A stretch of DNA of 64,000 nt, taken from an uncultured delta proteobacterium (GTDB lineage: Bacteria > Desulfobacterota > Desulfuromonadia > Desulfuromonadales > BM103). The translations under genes were made by a program, and so were the position numbers. This document shows positions 50,894 through 61,188 of the stretch, piece by piece (the first letter of the stretch is position 1; each line of letters opens with the position of its first letter). The stretch spans positions 96,001-160,000 of the forward strand of contig CAVQRZ010000019.1 in NCBI GenBank assembly GCA_963715335.1, in the 5' to 3' direction. The notes under the pieces are model-generated. The model did not search any database. It saw nothing but the letters and a program-made list of their open reading frames with translations, and was not told where the DNA came from.

Positions 50894-51337
50894 ATGAGTA
50901 TCCAGGAACAATTGACAACAGAAATGAAGGTCGCAATGAAAGCCAGGGACAGCCTGCGTCTGAGCACCATACGCATGGCGCGCACTGCCCTGAAAAACGC
51001 TGAAATCGATGCTCGCCAGGAGCTGGATGATGCGGCGACAATCAAGATTCTCTCCACTCTGGTCAAGCAGCGCCGCGAGGCGGCAGAAGCCTACCGGGCG
51101 ACCCGCCCGGAGCTGGCGGACAAGGAAGAGCAGGAGCTGGCTGTTTTGCAGGAGTTTCTGCCGGCACAACTTGGCATGGATGAACTGGAAAGGCTGGTTG
51201 CCAGGGCGATTGCCGAGAGCGGAGCCAGTGCGATGCGAGATATGGGCGCGGTCATGAAGCTGGTCACTCCCCAGACCACCGGTCGTGCCGATGGCAAGCT
51301 GGTTAGTGAAATAGTTCGTAAACAGCTGGCGGGGTAA
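50894..51337 (+). CDS. GatB/YqeY domain protein
   Basis: MKVAMKARD..RLSTIRM, KQRRE, DMGAVMK, GRADGK. Confidence 0.92.
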   Translation: MSIQEQLTTEMKVAMKARDSLRLSTIRMARTALKNAEIDARQELDDAATIKILSTLVKQRREAAEAYRATRPELADKEEQELAVLQEFLPAQLGMDELERLVARAIAESGASAMRDMGAVMKLVTPQTTGRADGKLVSEIVRKQLAG

Positions 51338-51362
51338 GCTTCGAGGGGGCCTGAATCGGATC

Positions 51363-51845
51363 ATGAACGGCATTGATATTGCCATCCTTGTCATCCTCTG
51401 CGGCTTTTTGCTGAAGGGGTTGCTGCGCGGCCTGCTCAAGGAAGTCTGTTCCCTGGCAGGCCTTTTTGTCGGGGCTTTTCTGGCTTTCCGCTACCATGGG
51501 CCTCTGGCAGAGGCCCTGCTCAAGCAAGTTGACCTGCCAGCCCAGATTGCCGTGGCGATTACATTTACCGTGCTTTTTCTGGCGACCATGATTTTCTTCC
51601 TGGCCCTCGGCTTTCTCCTGTCCCGTGTTGTCAAATTGCTTTTCCTCGGTGGTTTTAACCGCCTGATCGGAGGGGTTTTCGGCTTGTCCCAGGGGGTGCT
51701 TCTGCTGGCAGTGGTGATTTTTGCCCTGTCGCTGCGACCACTGCCGTGGGATTTCGACAAAGCCGTGAAAAAAGCCTATCTGGCACCGCCGTTTGCTGAT
51801 CTGGGGGATGCCATCCTGCAAGGGAGCCAGCGTGTCTTGAAATGA
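51363..51845 (+). CDS. cvpA: CvpA family membrane protein
   Basis: GLLRGLLKE, NRLIGGVFG; four TM segments. Confidence 0.88.
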   Translation: MNGIDIAILVILCGFLLKGLLRGLLKEVCSLAGLFVGAFLAFRYHGPLAEALLKQVDLPAQIAVAITFTVLFLATMIFFLALGFLLSRVVKLLFLGGFNRLIGGVFGLSQGVLLLAVVIFALSLRPLPWDFDKAVKKAYLAPPFADLGDAILQGSQRVLK

Positions 51846-54235
51846 TTATGTCTGATCGAGGGAATTCAAACATATTTTCAACTGATAGCCTGGTGCAGCT
51901 GGAGTTTGCCAAAGTAGTCAACCTGGTCGTTGGCAAAACCCAGACGCCTTACGGCAAGGTTTTGGCCGAGACACTGGCGCCGCTGCATGATCACGAGTGT
52001 ATCCTTGAAGCTTTACAGCAAACGGAAGAAGCCAGGTTGATATTGCGGGAAGACGGGCCACTCCCCTTGGGCTCCGGAGACGATCTCCTTCCCCACCTTG
52101 ATACATTGCATACTGAGGGACTGAGGCTCGAGCCAGAGGTCTTGCGTGACGTCCAGTCGGCCCTTGAGGCCGCGTCTGAAAGTCGCCAGCAGCTGTTCAA
52201 CAGCGAACACTGTTCGGTGTTGATGCCCTTTGCCAAAAGATTAACCCCGATTCCGGAACTGGTTGCTGATATCCGGCGCAGCATCGGTCAACGTGGTGAA
52301 ATCCTTGATACCGCTTCATTTGAACTGGCGGACCTGCGTGACAGCATCAAGGGCGAGCGAACCAGGGTCAGACGTCAATTGGAGAAACTGTTGCAGGATG
52401 AGCGACTGCAGGGGGTGTTCCAGGAAACTTTGATTACTGACCGCAACGGCCGCTACGTCGTACCAGTCCGGGCCGATCACAGCGGACGGCTGAAAGGCTT
52501 CGTCCACGATGTCTCGGCCAGCGGCCAGACCCTTTATCTGGAACCGGCGAGTACGCTGGAGAGCAACAATCGTATCCAGACTACGCTGCACATGATTTCC
52601 CGGGAAGAAGAGCGTATCCTGGCTCGCCTGACCGCCGGGGTGCGCAAGGTGCGCATAGAGCTGGCTGAGAACCAGGGAGTTCTGGCGCACCTCGATCTTC
52701 GCCAGGCAATGGCCCGGTTGACAGTAGAGATGGATGGTGTCGTTCCTGAATTGGTTGAAAAACCGTGTCTCGGGTTACGCGATGCCCGTCATCCATTGCT
52801 GGTCGCGGCAAAACTTGTTGACCGTGATGCGCCGAGTCCGGTGCCGATCGATGTCCGCCTTGCAGAGGAGTGCCAGGCATTGATTATCAGCGGACCGAAT
52901 ACCGGCGGTAAAACGGTTGCCCTCAAGACCGCCGGTTTGCTGGTCTTGATGGTCCGCGCCGGCATGCCGATCCCCTGTGCTCCGGGAAGCTTCCTTTTCC
53001 CCTTTTCCCGGGTGATGACCGATATCGGCGATGAACAAAGCATCGAGGCGAGCCTCTCAACTTATTCCGGGCACTTGATGCGTTGGCGCAAGATTATAGA
53101 AAATGCTGATGAGACAACCCTGGTGCTGATGGATGAACTCGGTACCGGTACCGATCCGGGGGAAGGCTCGGCACTGGCACTGGCGACCGTCGATTGTCTG
53201 CGAAGCCTTGGCGCAAGGGTTCTGGCGACAACGCACCTGCATGTCGTCAAGGGGTATGCCCAGCTTGAAGACCAGGTTGAAAATGCCGCCGTTGAATTTG
53301 ATACCGAGACATTACAACCGACCTTTCGCTTGCATTATGGCATCCCGGGAGCCAGCCATGCCTTTACCATTGCCCGCAGAATCGGGTTGCCTGAGTCTCT
53401 GTTGAACGATGCTGATGGCTATCTTGACCAGGATGAGCGCTCCGGCGGCGCTATCATAGAACGATTACAGTCGCTGCGTGCGGATCTGGATGAGGCGCTG
53501 GATACGGCGCAACGATTACGCTCTTCGGCAGAAGTGGAACAACGAAAGATTCGTAATGATCGTGAGGACCTTGAGGGGCGCAAGCAGGAGATTCTTGAAG
53601 AGGCTCGCCTGCAAGGCAAGAAAATCCTGGACGCCGCCGAAGAGAAGTTACAGAAGGTATTCAGCAAGATCACCCAGGGTGATGTCCAGCCCAAAGAGCG
53701 AGCAGAGCTGACCCGATCTGTGCGGGAGCTGCGTGACACCTTGCCAGAGCCTTTGCCGCAGGGGCCGCAACAGATACCCCTGGATGTTGTGCCAGGAGAA
53801 GTCCTGTATGTGCCGGCCCTGGGCGTAGATGCCGAGGTTGCCGGTGTTGATGGGAGCCGGGTGGAGCTCGTCGCCAGTGGCAAGAAGTTGCGCCAGTCGA
53901 TCAAGTCGCTGCGCCAGTATCAGCCGCGTCGTTTTGCCGAGCAGAAAAAAGTTGCTCCCAAGGTGCGCGACCAGGTCGAACGCAAGGCGTTTCTGCCACG
54001 GCTGGTTCTGGTCGGCAAAAGGGTTGAGGACGCCCAGGGAATGCTCGGTCGTTTTCTTGATGATGCGATGCTGTATGGTGAGCAGACACTGGAAATCGTC
54101 CATGGCGCCGGGCAAGGTATTTTACGCAAGGCGGTACGAGAATTTCTGGCCGAACGTCGTGAGGTCACCGTTTTTCATGCTGCCGATCCGGAGCAGGGCG
54201 GCGATAACGTCACGATGGTCGAACTGAGGCACTGA
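51842..54235 (+). CDS. mutS2: MutS2 endonuclease / ribosome-collision factor
   Basis: ISGPNTGGKT, DIGDEQSI, DELGTGTDP, C-terminal Smr domain (IVHGAGQG). Confidence 0.93.
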   Translation: MIMSDRGNSNIFSTDSLVQLEFAKVVNLVVGKTQTPYGKVLAETLAPLHDHECILEALQQTEEARLILREDGPLPLGSGDDLLPHLDTLHTEGLRLEPEVLRDVQSALEAASESRQQLFNSEHCSVLMPFAKRLTPIPELVADIRRSIGQRGEILDTASFELADLRDSIKGERTRVRRQLEKLLQDERLQGVFQETLITDRNGRYVVPVRADHSGRLKGFVHDVSASGQTLYLEPASTLESNNRIQTTLHMISREEERILARLTAGVRKVRIELAENQGVLAHLDLRQAMARLTVEMDGVVPELVEKPCLGLRDARHPLLVAAKLVDRDAPSPVPIDVRLAEECQALIISGPNTGGKTVALKTAGLLVLMVRAGMPIPCAPGSFLFPFSRVMTDIGDEQSIEASLSTYSGHLMRWRKIIENADETTLVLMDELGTGTDPGEGSALALATVDCLRSLGARVLATTHLHVVKGYAQLEDQVENAAVEFDTETLQPTFRLHYGIPGASHAFTIARRIGLPESLLNDADGYLDQDERSGGAIIERLQSLRADLDEALDTAQRLRSSAEVEQRKIRNDREDLEGRKQEILEEARLQGKKILDAAEEKLQKVFSKITQGDVQPKERAELTRSVRELRDTLPEPLPQGPQQIPLDVVPGEVLYVPALGVDAEVAGVDGSRVELVASGKKLRQSIKSLRQYQPRRFAEQKKVAPKVRDQVERKAFLPRLVLVGKRVEDAQGMLGRFLDDAMLYGEQTLEIVHGAGQGILRKAVREFLAERREVTVFHAADPEQGGDNVTMVELRH

Positions 54236-56022
54236 TGGGACGCATAGCAGACGAAAAGATCCAGGAGATCAAGGATCGCATCGATATTGTTGAGGTGGTC
54301 TCCGGCTATCTGCCGCTCAAACGCTCCGGTGTCAATAACCAGGGGTTGTGTCCCTTCCATCAAGAGAAGTCTCCGTCTTTCAACGTCAACTCTGCACGAC
54401 AGATTTTCCATTGCTTTGGCTGCGGTGTCGGCGGCAACGTCTTCTCTTTCCTGATGCGCATGGAAGGCTTGAGCTTTCCGGATGCGGTCAAGCGTCTCGG
54501 CGAAAAAGTTGGTGTCGAGGTTGAGGAAGAGGACGTGTCGCCCGCCGAGATTCGTCGTCGCGAATCCCGTGAGCGACTGGCTCGAATTAACGAAGTGGCT
54601 GGTCAGTTTTACCATCAGCTTCTGCTTGAAGATGAAGTTGGTGCGCCTGGACGTCGTTATCTGCGACAGCGCGGTTATGAAGGGGAAACGGTCAGGGCGT
54701 TTCAGGTTGGCTTCGCTCCGGAGGGCTGGGAGACGCTGGCGAAACACCTGTCAGGCAAGAATTTTTCTGCCGAAGATATTCGTAATACCGGGTTGGTTCG
54801 TCCTGGCAAGCAGGGCCGCGGTGATTACGATCTGTTCCGCAATCGGCTGCTCTTCCCGATTCATGATCTCCAGGGCAGTGTGGTGGCCTTCGGTGGCCGG
54901 GTCCTTGATGACAGCCTGCCTAAATATATCAACTCACCGGAAACAGATGTCTACCACAAGAGCAGGGTTCTTTACGGACTTTACCAGGCCCGTGATGCTA
55001 TGCGTCACAACGGGGAGGCTCTGGTCGTTGAGGGATATTTTGACGTGCTTGCCCTGCACCGGGCCGGGTTTACCAGTGCGGTGGCGACCTGCGGCACGGC
55101 ACTGACCCCCGATCACGCCCGCCTGCTCAAGCGCTATGCAGACAAGATCCTGCTGATCTTTGATGAGGATGCTGCCGGCCGCCAGGCAACTTTTAGAGCC
55201 ATGGATGCCCTGCTACCGTCCGGTCTGGCGGTCAGTGTTGTGGCGATGCCAGCAGGTGAAGACCCTGATTCATTGCTCAGGACAAGAGGCGAGGAAGGTT
55301 TCCGTAATTGCCTCGATGCAGCCAGGCCGGTTCTCGAGGTCTTCATCGAGGACCAGTTGCGTGTCAACGATGAGACCGTCGAAGGGCGGGCGCGTGCCGC
55401 TGAACAGGCGCTGGAACGTATCCGTCGCCTGCCCGGCGACCTGGAGCGTAGCCTGTATCTAAAGCAGCTTGCTGCACTTGTGGGCCTTGATGTTGACGAT
55501 CTAAAAGCGAAACTGAAAAACAGCAAGCCCCTGCAAGTTCCTGTGCGTCGCCCGGCAGCTCAGTCCCGACCTGCAAGTAAGCCGTTGACCGAGATGGGAC
55601 AAACTCAGAAATACCTGTTACGCTTGATGTTGGCTGATGACCAGTTGCGCAGCAAGGTGCGCGAAGTCGGGACAGAAGAGCTGTTTCTCGACGAACAATT
55701 CCGTGGCCTGGCTGATTCTCTCCTGAAGCGTGAAAATGCAGATGGCCAGTTGCCGCAGGATTTGATGGATACCAGCCTTGACGAAACGCAACTGGCGCTC
55801 TTGGCGGGGTTGATGTTGCAGGAAGACCAGGGCTGGGCAGACAACCCGGAGAAACTTTTTGAGGATTGCCGCAAAGCCATGGCCAATGCTGTCCTGAAAC
55901 AACGCCTGCAGGAGATACGGCAGGTCGAAGAAGAAGCCCGATATAACAATGATGATGCAGCTTTAGAAAAATGTCAGCGCGAGCGTACAGAAATCAATCA
56001 GAAATTGAAAAAAAAGCTTTGA
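54235..56022 (+). CDS. dnaG: DNA primase
   Basis: CPFH..CFGC zinc finger, KYINSPET, VEGYFDV, TOPRIM DED. Confidence 0.97.
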   Translation: MGRIADEKIQEIKDRIDIVEVVSGYLPLKRSGVNNQGLCPFHQEKSPSFNVNSARQIFHCFGCGVGGNVFSFLMRMEGLSFPDAVKRLGEKVGVEVEEEDVSPAEIRRRESRERLARINEVAGQFYHQLLLEDEVGAPGRRYLRQRGYEGETVRAFQVGFAPEGWETLAKHLSGKNFSAEDIRNTGLVRPGKQGRGDYDLFRNRLLFPIHDLQGSVVAFGGRVLDDSLPKYINSPETDVYHKSRVLYGLYQARDAMRHNGEALVVEGYFDVLALHRAGFTSAVATCGTALTPDHARLLKRYADKILLIFDEDAAGRQATFRAMDALLPSGLAVSVVAMPAGEDPDSLLRTRGEEGFRNCLDAARPVLEVFIEDQLRVNDETVEGRARAAEQALERIRRLPGDLERSLYLKQLAALVGLDVDDLKAKLKNSKPLQVPVRRPAAQSRPASKPLTEMGQTQKYLLRLMLADDQLRSKVREVGTEELFLDEQFRGLADSLLKRENADGQLPQDLMDTSLDETQLALLAGLMLQEDQGWADNPEKLFEDCRKAMANAVLKQRLQEIRQVEEEARYNNDDAALEKCQRERTEINQKLKKKL

Positions 56023-56108
56023 AATATAAGGCTTTTTCCATATAATCCAGTGCTTGTCCAAAAAATGCTATTCTGTGACCAGGGTAAGTATCTTTGAGGG
56101 GCGTATTA

Positions 56109-57872
56109 ATGGCCAAAAAGACCAGTATTGAAGAAGTTCAGCAGCTGATTGACCTCGGCAAGGAAAAGGGTTTTCTCACCTACGATGAGGTGAACGATAT
56201 CCTGCCTGCCGATATGGTGTCTTCGGAACAGCTTGACGATGTCATGAGCATGTTCGGCGAGATGGACATTGAGGTGGTTGACGCGGAGCGGAAATCCACG
56301 TCAGGCAAGCAACCGTCGCAGGACTCTGCCAGCAGTGACGACGGCGAGGAAGAGGCTGAGTTTGACACCGATGTCATGGGCCGCACCAGCGATCCGGTTC
56401 GGATGTACTTGCGTGAGATGGGCCAGGTTTCTCTGCTGACCCGTGAAGGCGAAGTTGAAATCGCCAAACGCATAGAAGAGGGTGAAGCCCTGGTTGCCAG
56501 GGTGATTGTCAAGACACCGATTGCCTTCAAGGAGGTCGTCACTCTTGGTGAGCGTCACCAGAAAGGCCAGATCAGCGTTGCCGAGATCACCAAGGATTAT
56601 GACGAGGAAGAAGGGAGCGAGGCGGAGGAAAGACACCGTGCGCGCGTCGTCGCTCTGATCGAGGAGATCAAGACCCGTTACGAACGTTTCATGGCCCTGC
56701 GTGATGAAGCTGCCGGGGCGACCAAAACCAAACGCAAGCCTCTTGACAAGGAGATGGAAAGTCTCAAAGTTGAGATGGGTGATCTGATGAACCAGATCCG
56801 TCTCAAGGATTACCAGATTGCCAAAATTGTCGACCGGCTCAAGGAACTGGCCAAGCAGGTCAAAAAAGCCAAGCAGGAAGTCAGGGCCTGTGAAGAATCT
56901 CTTGACCGTCCCTACGCGGAGCTCAGTAAACTGCTGAGCAAAATGCGTAAAAGCGAAAACGAAGCCCGTGCCCTGGCCGAAGAGCTCGATCGCCCGATGG
57001 ACACCCTGCTGGTGATCGAAAAACGCCTGAAGGGGACTGATCGCAAGTTTGCCAAGGTTGAAGAGGAGTCGGGCTTTGCCCCTGAAGAGCTCCTTGAATC
57101 CCTCAAGGAAGTGAACAAGGGTGAGTGGCGTGCCAAGCAGGCCAAGACCGAACTGGTCGAAGCCAACCTGCGCCTGGTTGTCTCGATCGCCAAAAAATAC
57201 ACGAACCGCGGGCTGCAGTTCCTCGATCTGATCCAGGAAGGCAACATCGGTTTGATGAAGGCGGTCGACAAGTTCGAATACCAGCGTGGTTACAAGTTCT
57301 CAACCTATGCAACCTGGTGGATCCGCCAGGCGATTACCCGCGCCATAGCCGACCAGGCCCGCACCATCCGTATCCCGGTGCATATGATCGAAACGATCAA
57401 CAAGCTGATTCGTACCAGCCGGCAACTGGTGCAGGAGATTGGTCGTGAGCCGACTCCGGAAGAGATCGCCGAGCGCATGGAGCTGCCGCTTGAAAAAGTG
57501 CGCCGGGTTCTGAAAATCGCCAAGGAACCGATCAGCCTGGAAACCCCGATCGGCGAAGAAGAAGACTCCTCCCTGGGGGATTTCATCGAGGACAAGGGTG
57601 TGATTTCGCCCCTCGAGGCAGTTATCAAGGGCAACCTCTCTGACCAGACAGCCAAGGTCCTCGCGACCCTGACGCCGCGTGAAGAGAGGGTCCTGCGCAT
57701 GCGTTTCGGGATCGGTGAGAAATCGGACCATACCCTGGAAGAAGTCGGCCAGGATTTTGCCGTTACCCGAGAGCGAATTCGCCAGATCGAAGCCAAGGCG
57801 CTGCGCAAGTTGCGTCATCCAAGCCGCGCCAAGCGCCTGAAGAGTTTTATGGAGACCGGTGGCAACAACTAG
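56109..57872 (+). CDS. rpoD: RNA polymerase primary sigma factor
   Basis: Region 1.1, [41 protein letters not shown]. Confidence 0.98.
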   Translation: MAKKTSIEEVQQLIDLGKEKGFLTYDEVNDILPADMVSSEQLDDVMSMFGEMDIEVVDAERKSTSGKQPSQDSASSDDGEEEAEFDTDVMGRTSDPVRMYLREMGQVSLLTREGEVEIAKRIEEGEALVARVIVKTPIAFKEVVTLGERHQKGQISVAEITKDYDEEEGSEAEERHRARVVALIEEIKTRYERFMALRDEAAGATKTKRKPLDKEMESLKVEMGDLMNQIRLKDYQIAKIVDRLKELAKQVKKAKQEVRACEESLDRPYAELSKLLSKMRKSENEARALAEELDRPMDTLLVIEKRLKGTDRKFAKVEEESGFAPEELLESLKEVNKGEWRAKQAKTELVEANLRLVVSIAKKYTNRGLQFLDLIQEGNIGLMKAVDKFEYQRGYKFSTYATWWIRQAITRAIADQARTIRIPVHMIETINKLIRTSRQLVQEIGREPTPEEIAERMELPLEKVRRVLKIAKEPISLETPIGEEEDSSLGDFIEDKGVISPLEAVIKGNLSDQTAKVLATLTPREERVLRMRFGIGEKSDHTLEEVGQDFAVTRERIRQIEAKALRKLRHPSRAKRLKSFMETGGNN

Positions 57873-58003
57873 GTTATGGTTGAATTGTTCATGCGGTTGG
57901 TAAGTGATACTGATGTTTTGTTTCATCGTTTAGAGAGACCGGGCACTGGAAAGTGATTGACAGAGAAGAACACGCAACTTACACTCCCGGCCTGAACTTT
58001 TGC

Positions 58004-58079
58004 GGGCCCATAGCTCAGTTGGAAGAGCCACCGGCTCATAACCGGTCGGTCCCAGGTTCGAACCCTGGTGGGCCCACCA
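58004..58079 (+). tRNA. tRNA with CAT anticodon, most likely tRNA-Ile2 (lysidine-modified)
   Basis: GGGCCCATAGCTCAG...CCGGCTCATAACCGG...GGTTCGAACC...TGGGCCCACCA; paired 1:72; position after rpoD is typical of Ile2. Confidence 0.88.
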
Positions 58080-58135
58080 CCCGCCTCAAAACCATGATCG
58101 ATGCTTACTGGTTCGGATAGATTTCAAGAGATGTA

Positions 58136-58171
58136 AGAAGAGTGCAGCCGAAGACCGGTTGCACTCTTTTT
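58136..58171 (+). terminator. Terminator after the tRNA
   Basis: AAGAGTGCAGCCG/CGGTTGCACTCTT stem followed by TTT. Confidence 0.65.
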
Positions 58172-58179
58172 ACGTAGGG

Positions 58180-59307
58180 ATGATGGCAAACAAGGGACAA
58201 CGCATACAGGATTTGCTCGGCCTGCTTCACAACCTGTACGATCCGGGCCTGGCGGAGGATTGGGACAATGTCGGTCTGCAGGTTGGTGACCCCAGCGCAC
58301 CTTTGGAGCGGGTCATGGTGGCGCTGGACCCCTCGCTCGCTGCCGTGCAGGCTGCCCGCGATGCCGGCGCCCAGGCCCTGGTCACGCATCATCCCCTGCT
58401 GTTCCGCCCGATCAAGCGTCTGACCCCTGACGATGCCGTTGGCCTGGTACTCTGGACTGCGGTGCACTCCGGGGTCTCGGTTATCAGTGCCCACACCAAT
58501 CTTGATTGTGCCGAAGACGGGCTCAACAGCTGGCTGGCCCGGCAACTTGGCGTGCAGGCGCCTGTGCCGCTCCAGCCGATCGCCAGCGAATGTCTCAAGC
58601 TGGTAGTTTATGTCCCCGCCGGACACGAATCGCAGGTCGCTGAGGCCCTTTTTGCCGGTGGTGCAGGACAGATCGGTGCCTACGACCAGTGTTCTTTCCG
58701 CAGTCGGGGGGAGGGGACTTTTCGCCCCGGCCCGAAATCGAGCCCTTTTGTCGGTGAACCGGGGAAGATGGAACAGGTTGAAGAATTCCGGATCGAGACA
58801 ATCGTTCCCCAGCGCAGGCTGGCGAGGGTGCTTGAGAAGATGCTGAAGGCGCACCCCTATGAAGAGGTGGCCTATGACCTCTTTCCCCTGCAGAACCATG
58901 TGCCTGGCGCCGGGTTAGGCAGGATCGGCAAGCTTGAGCAGACGACGACGCTCGATGCGTTTGCCGCCAGCGTCAAGGCCGCCCTCGGCTGCGATCACCT
59001 GCGCCTGACCGGCGCCGGTGATTTCCCCGTGCATAAGGTTGCCCTATGTGGAGGCGCCGGCGCCGGCTTGCTGCAGACAGCCCATCGCCAGGGAGCTGAT
59101 GTTCTGGTCACCGGTGACGTTAAATACCATGAGGCCCGCCAGGCCGAGGAACTCGGCCTCGCCCTGATTGATGCCGGCCACTTTGCCACGGAAAAACTGA
59201 TGACAACGCTGGTCGCAGAGGCATTGAGAAACGCAGCTGGAAAACGGCACTGGGAGATAGACTTTGTAACATACACTGGTGAGCAGGATCCTTTCCGGTT
59301 TTATTAA
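58180..59307 (+). CDS. Nif3-like (DUF34) dinuclear metal-centre protein with a PII-like insert
   Basis: WDNVGLQVG, THHPLLF, HTNLD, HPYEEVAYD, TGDVKYH, DAGHFATE. Confidence 0.93.
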   Translation: MMANKGQRIQDLLGLLHNLYDPGLAEDWDNVGLQVGDPSAPLERVMVALDPSLAAVQAARDAGAQALVTHHPLLFRPIKRLTPDDAVGLVLWTAVHSGVSVISAHTNLDCAEDGLNSWLARQLGVQAPVPLQPIASECLKLVVYVPAGHESQVAEALFAGGAGQIGAYDQCSFRSRGEGTFRPGPKSSPFVGEPGKMEQVEEFRIETIVPQRRLARVLEKMLKAHPYEEVAYDLFPLQNHVPGAGLGRIGKLEQTTTLDAFAASVKAALGCDHLRLTGAGDFPVHKVALCGGAGAGLLQTAHRQGADVLVTGDVKYHEARQAEELGLALIDAGHFATEKLMTTLVAEALRNAAGKRHWEIDFVTYTGEQDPFRFY

Positions 59308-59369
59308 ACAAGCTCGGTCGCCTGCGGGCGGTCGATACAAAGAGACTACTGACAAGGGAGGCATTTATC

Positions 59370-60080
59370 GTGCAAAAGCAGTTGCAGTTACTGCGTGACT
59401 TGCAGGCGTTGGATACTGAAAGGAAGGTCGTTGAGGTCGAACGGCAGGTCGGCTTCAAAGAGCAGCAGGCCCTCAATGCGGAACTTGAGCGCCTGCAGGA
59501 AATGGTCGATAGCCTCACCGACGAGATGGGTGCCCTGGAAAAAGAGCAGAGTGAGCTGGCCAATGCCATGGCCCTGGAACAGCAGAATATAGAGCGTTCC
59601 GAAGGGCGTCTTCCCCAGATCAAAACGCAGAAAGAATATATTGCGGTGCTCAAGGAAGTGGATACGGCCAAAAAACTTGCCAAGGAACTACAGGATCAAA
59701 TTGACGCAAAGAATGGGACGCTAGCATCCCTCGGCCTGGAGAAGTCAGAAAAAGATGACGAGCTTGCCAAGGCCAAGCAGGAGGCAAGCGAGCGTTGTGC
59801 GGCAATTGAGGCCTCACTGGTTTCTGTGATTAAGCAACTCGACGAGATGGAGCGTCAGCGCAAGGTGCTTATGGAAGGTCTGCCGACAAAGCTGCGCAAG
59901 CGTTACGAACTTCTGATGTCGAAACGTGCCGGTGTCGCTATTGTTGAGGCGCGTGGTGGGGCCTGTCTGGGTTGCCACATGCACCTCCCGCCGCAGATGT
60001 TCAACAGCCTGTTCGTCATCAAGGAGATTCAGAGCTGTCCGCATTGCAACCGGCTGCTTTTTGTCGCTGCGGTGGACTGA
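59370..60080 (+). CDS. Coiled-coil protein with a C4 zinc ribbon (DUF164-like)
   Basis: Long coiled coil followed by CLGC...CPHC. Confidence 0.88.
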   Translation: MQKQLQLLRDLQALDTERKVVEVERQVGFKEQQALNAELERLQEMVDSLTDEMGALEKEQSELANAMALEQQNIERSEGRLPQIKTQKEYIAVLKEVDTAKKLAKELQDQIDAKNGTLASLGLEKSEKDDELAKAKQEASERCAAIEASLVSVIKQLDEMERQRKVLMEGLPTKLRKRYELLMSKRAGVAIVEARGGACLGCHMHLPPQMFNSLFVIKEIQSCPHCNRLLFVAAVD

Positions 60081-60098
60081 TAGCAGAACACTTGAAAT

Positions 60099-60502
60099 GT
60101 GGTCGGAGATAACCAGGCGATCGCCGCCTGCTGGAGCCTTGTGCGAAAGCGGGGGGAGGAAAGTCCGGGCTCCACAGGGCAGGATGGTCCTTAACGGGGA
60201 CCGGGGGCGACCCCAGGGAAAGTGCCACAGAGAGTAGACCGCCCGCCGGGGCTCGGCCGCGGCGTGGTAAGGGTGAAAGGGTGAGGCAAGAGCTCACCAG
60301 TGTCGGCGGTGACGTCGACAGCTCGGTAAACCCCATCCGGAGCAAGGCCAAATAGGGGAGTGTTTGAGAACGGCCCGTTCGAGACTCCCGGGTCAGGCTG
60401 CTTGAGGCCACCGGCAACGGTGGTCCTAGAGGAATGATCGTCAACCCGTTGCGGGCAACTGCTGCGGGGCACAGAACCCGGCTTACGGTTCTCTCCGACC
60501 AC
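60099..60502 (+). ncRNA. rnpB: RNase P RNA (type A)
   Basis: GAGGAAAGTCCGGGCTCC near 60156, GGAAAGTGCCACAG, ACAGAACCCGGCTTA near 60471; terminal stem GTGGTCGGAGA/TCTCCGACCAC. Confidence 0.96.
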
Positions 60503-60583
60503 TTAATTATCCTGTCTCAATGTGCAGGATCCAGCGGTACCAGGATATCCCGGTGCCGCTTCTTTCTTGAGTTCCGTCCCGTT

Positions 60584-61132
60584 ATGACCAGAGAACAGAA
60601 GATTGACCCCGCCGATTGGCCTGCGCTGTTGCAAAAGCTCGGGGAGGAACTGGTTGCACTCGACGAGGCAGACCGGCAATGGCTCAGAGACAGGCTCGAC
60701 TCGATTGCTGCAATCCAGCTGGACCTGGACGATTTCTTTCGACTGGCCGGCGGCGTGCAGGTGTGTGCCGAATGTAATGGCGCCTGTTGCGGCTGTGGCC
60801 GACACCACGTAACCTTGACCAATCTGCTGGCCTATCTGCTGGCCGGTGAGGAGCCTCCTGCCCCCGATCTCGGCAAGACCTGTCCATACCTCGGTGAACA
60901 AGGCTGCCGCCTGCCGGTCTCCCGCCGCCCCTACAACTGCATTACCTTCTTTTGCGAAGAGTTGGAGGAAAACCTCTCTGAGGAAGGCCGGCAACAGCTG
61001 CGTCTCCTCGACCGGCAACTGCGCCAGGAATACCAGGCACTTGCAGAACGCTATCCATCTGCCAGCCTGCGCGGCATCTGGATCGCCCTCGAGCGAATCG
61101 AAAACGGCGATATCCTGTTTACGAAACAGTGA
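60584..61132 (+). CDS. Cys-cluster protein (YkgJ-like, putative Fe-S/Zn)
   Basis: CAECNGACCGC...CPYL...GC...RPYNCITFFC. Confidence 0.7.
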   Translation: MTREQKIDPADWPALLQKLGEELVALDEADRQWLRDRLDSIAAIQLDLDDFFRLAGGVQVCAECNGACCGCGRHHVTLTNLLAYLLAGEEPPAPDLGKTCPYLGEQGCRLPVSRRPYNCITFFCEELEENLSEEGRQQLRLLDRQLRQEYQALAERYPSASLRGIWIALERIENGDILFTKQ

Positions 61133-61188
61133 GCCAGGGGCCGGAAGTCATGGTAGAATGTACCCCCAATACTATCGAAGGAACCGTC

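Noticed and set aside
60019..60583. ORFs overlapping rnpB and the 50-aa N-terminal extension of the 60434 ORF
   Set aside because: They lie on the RNase P RNA and its 3' flank
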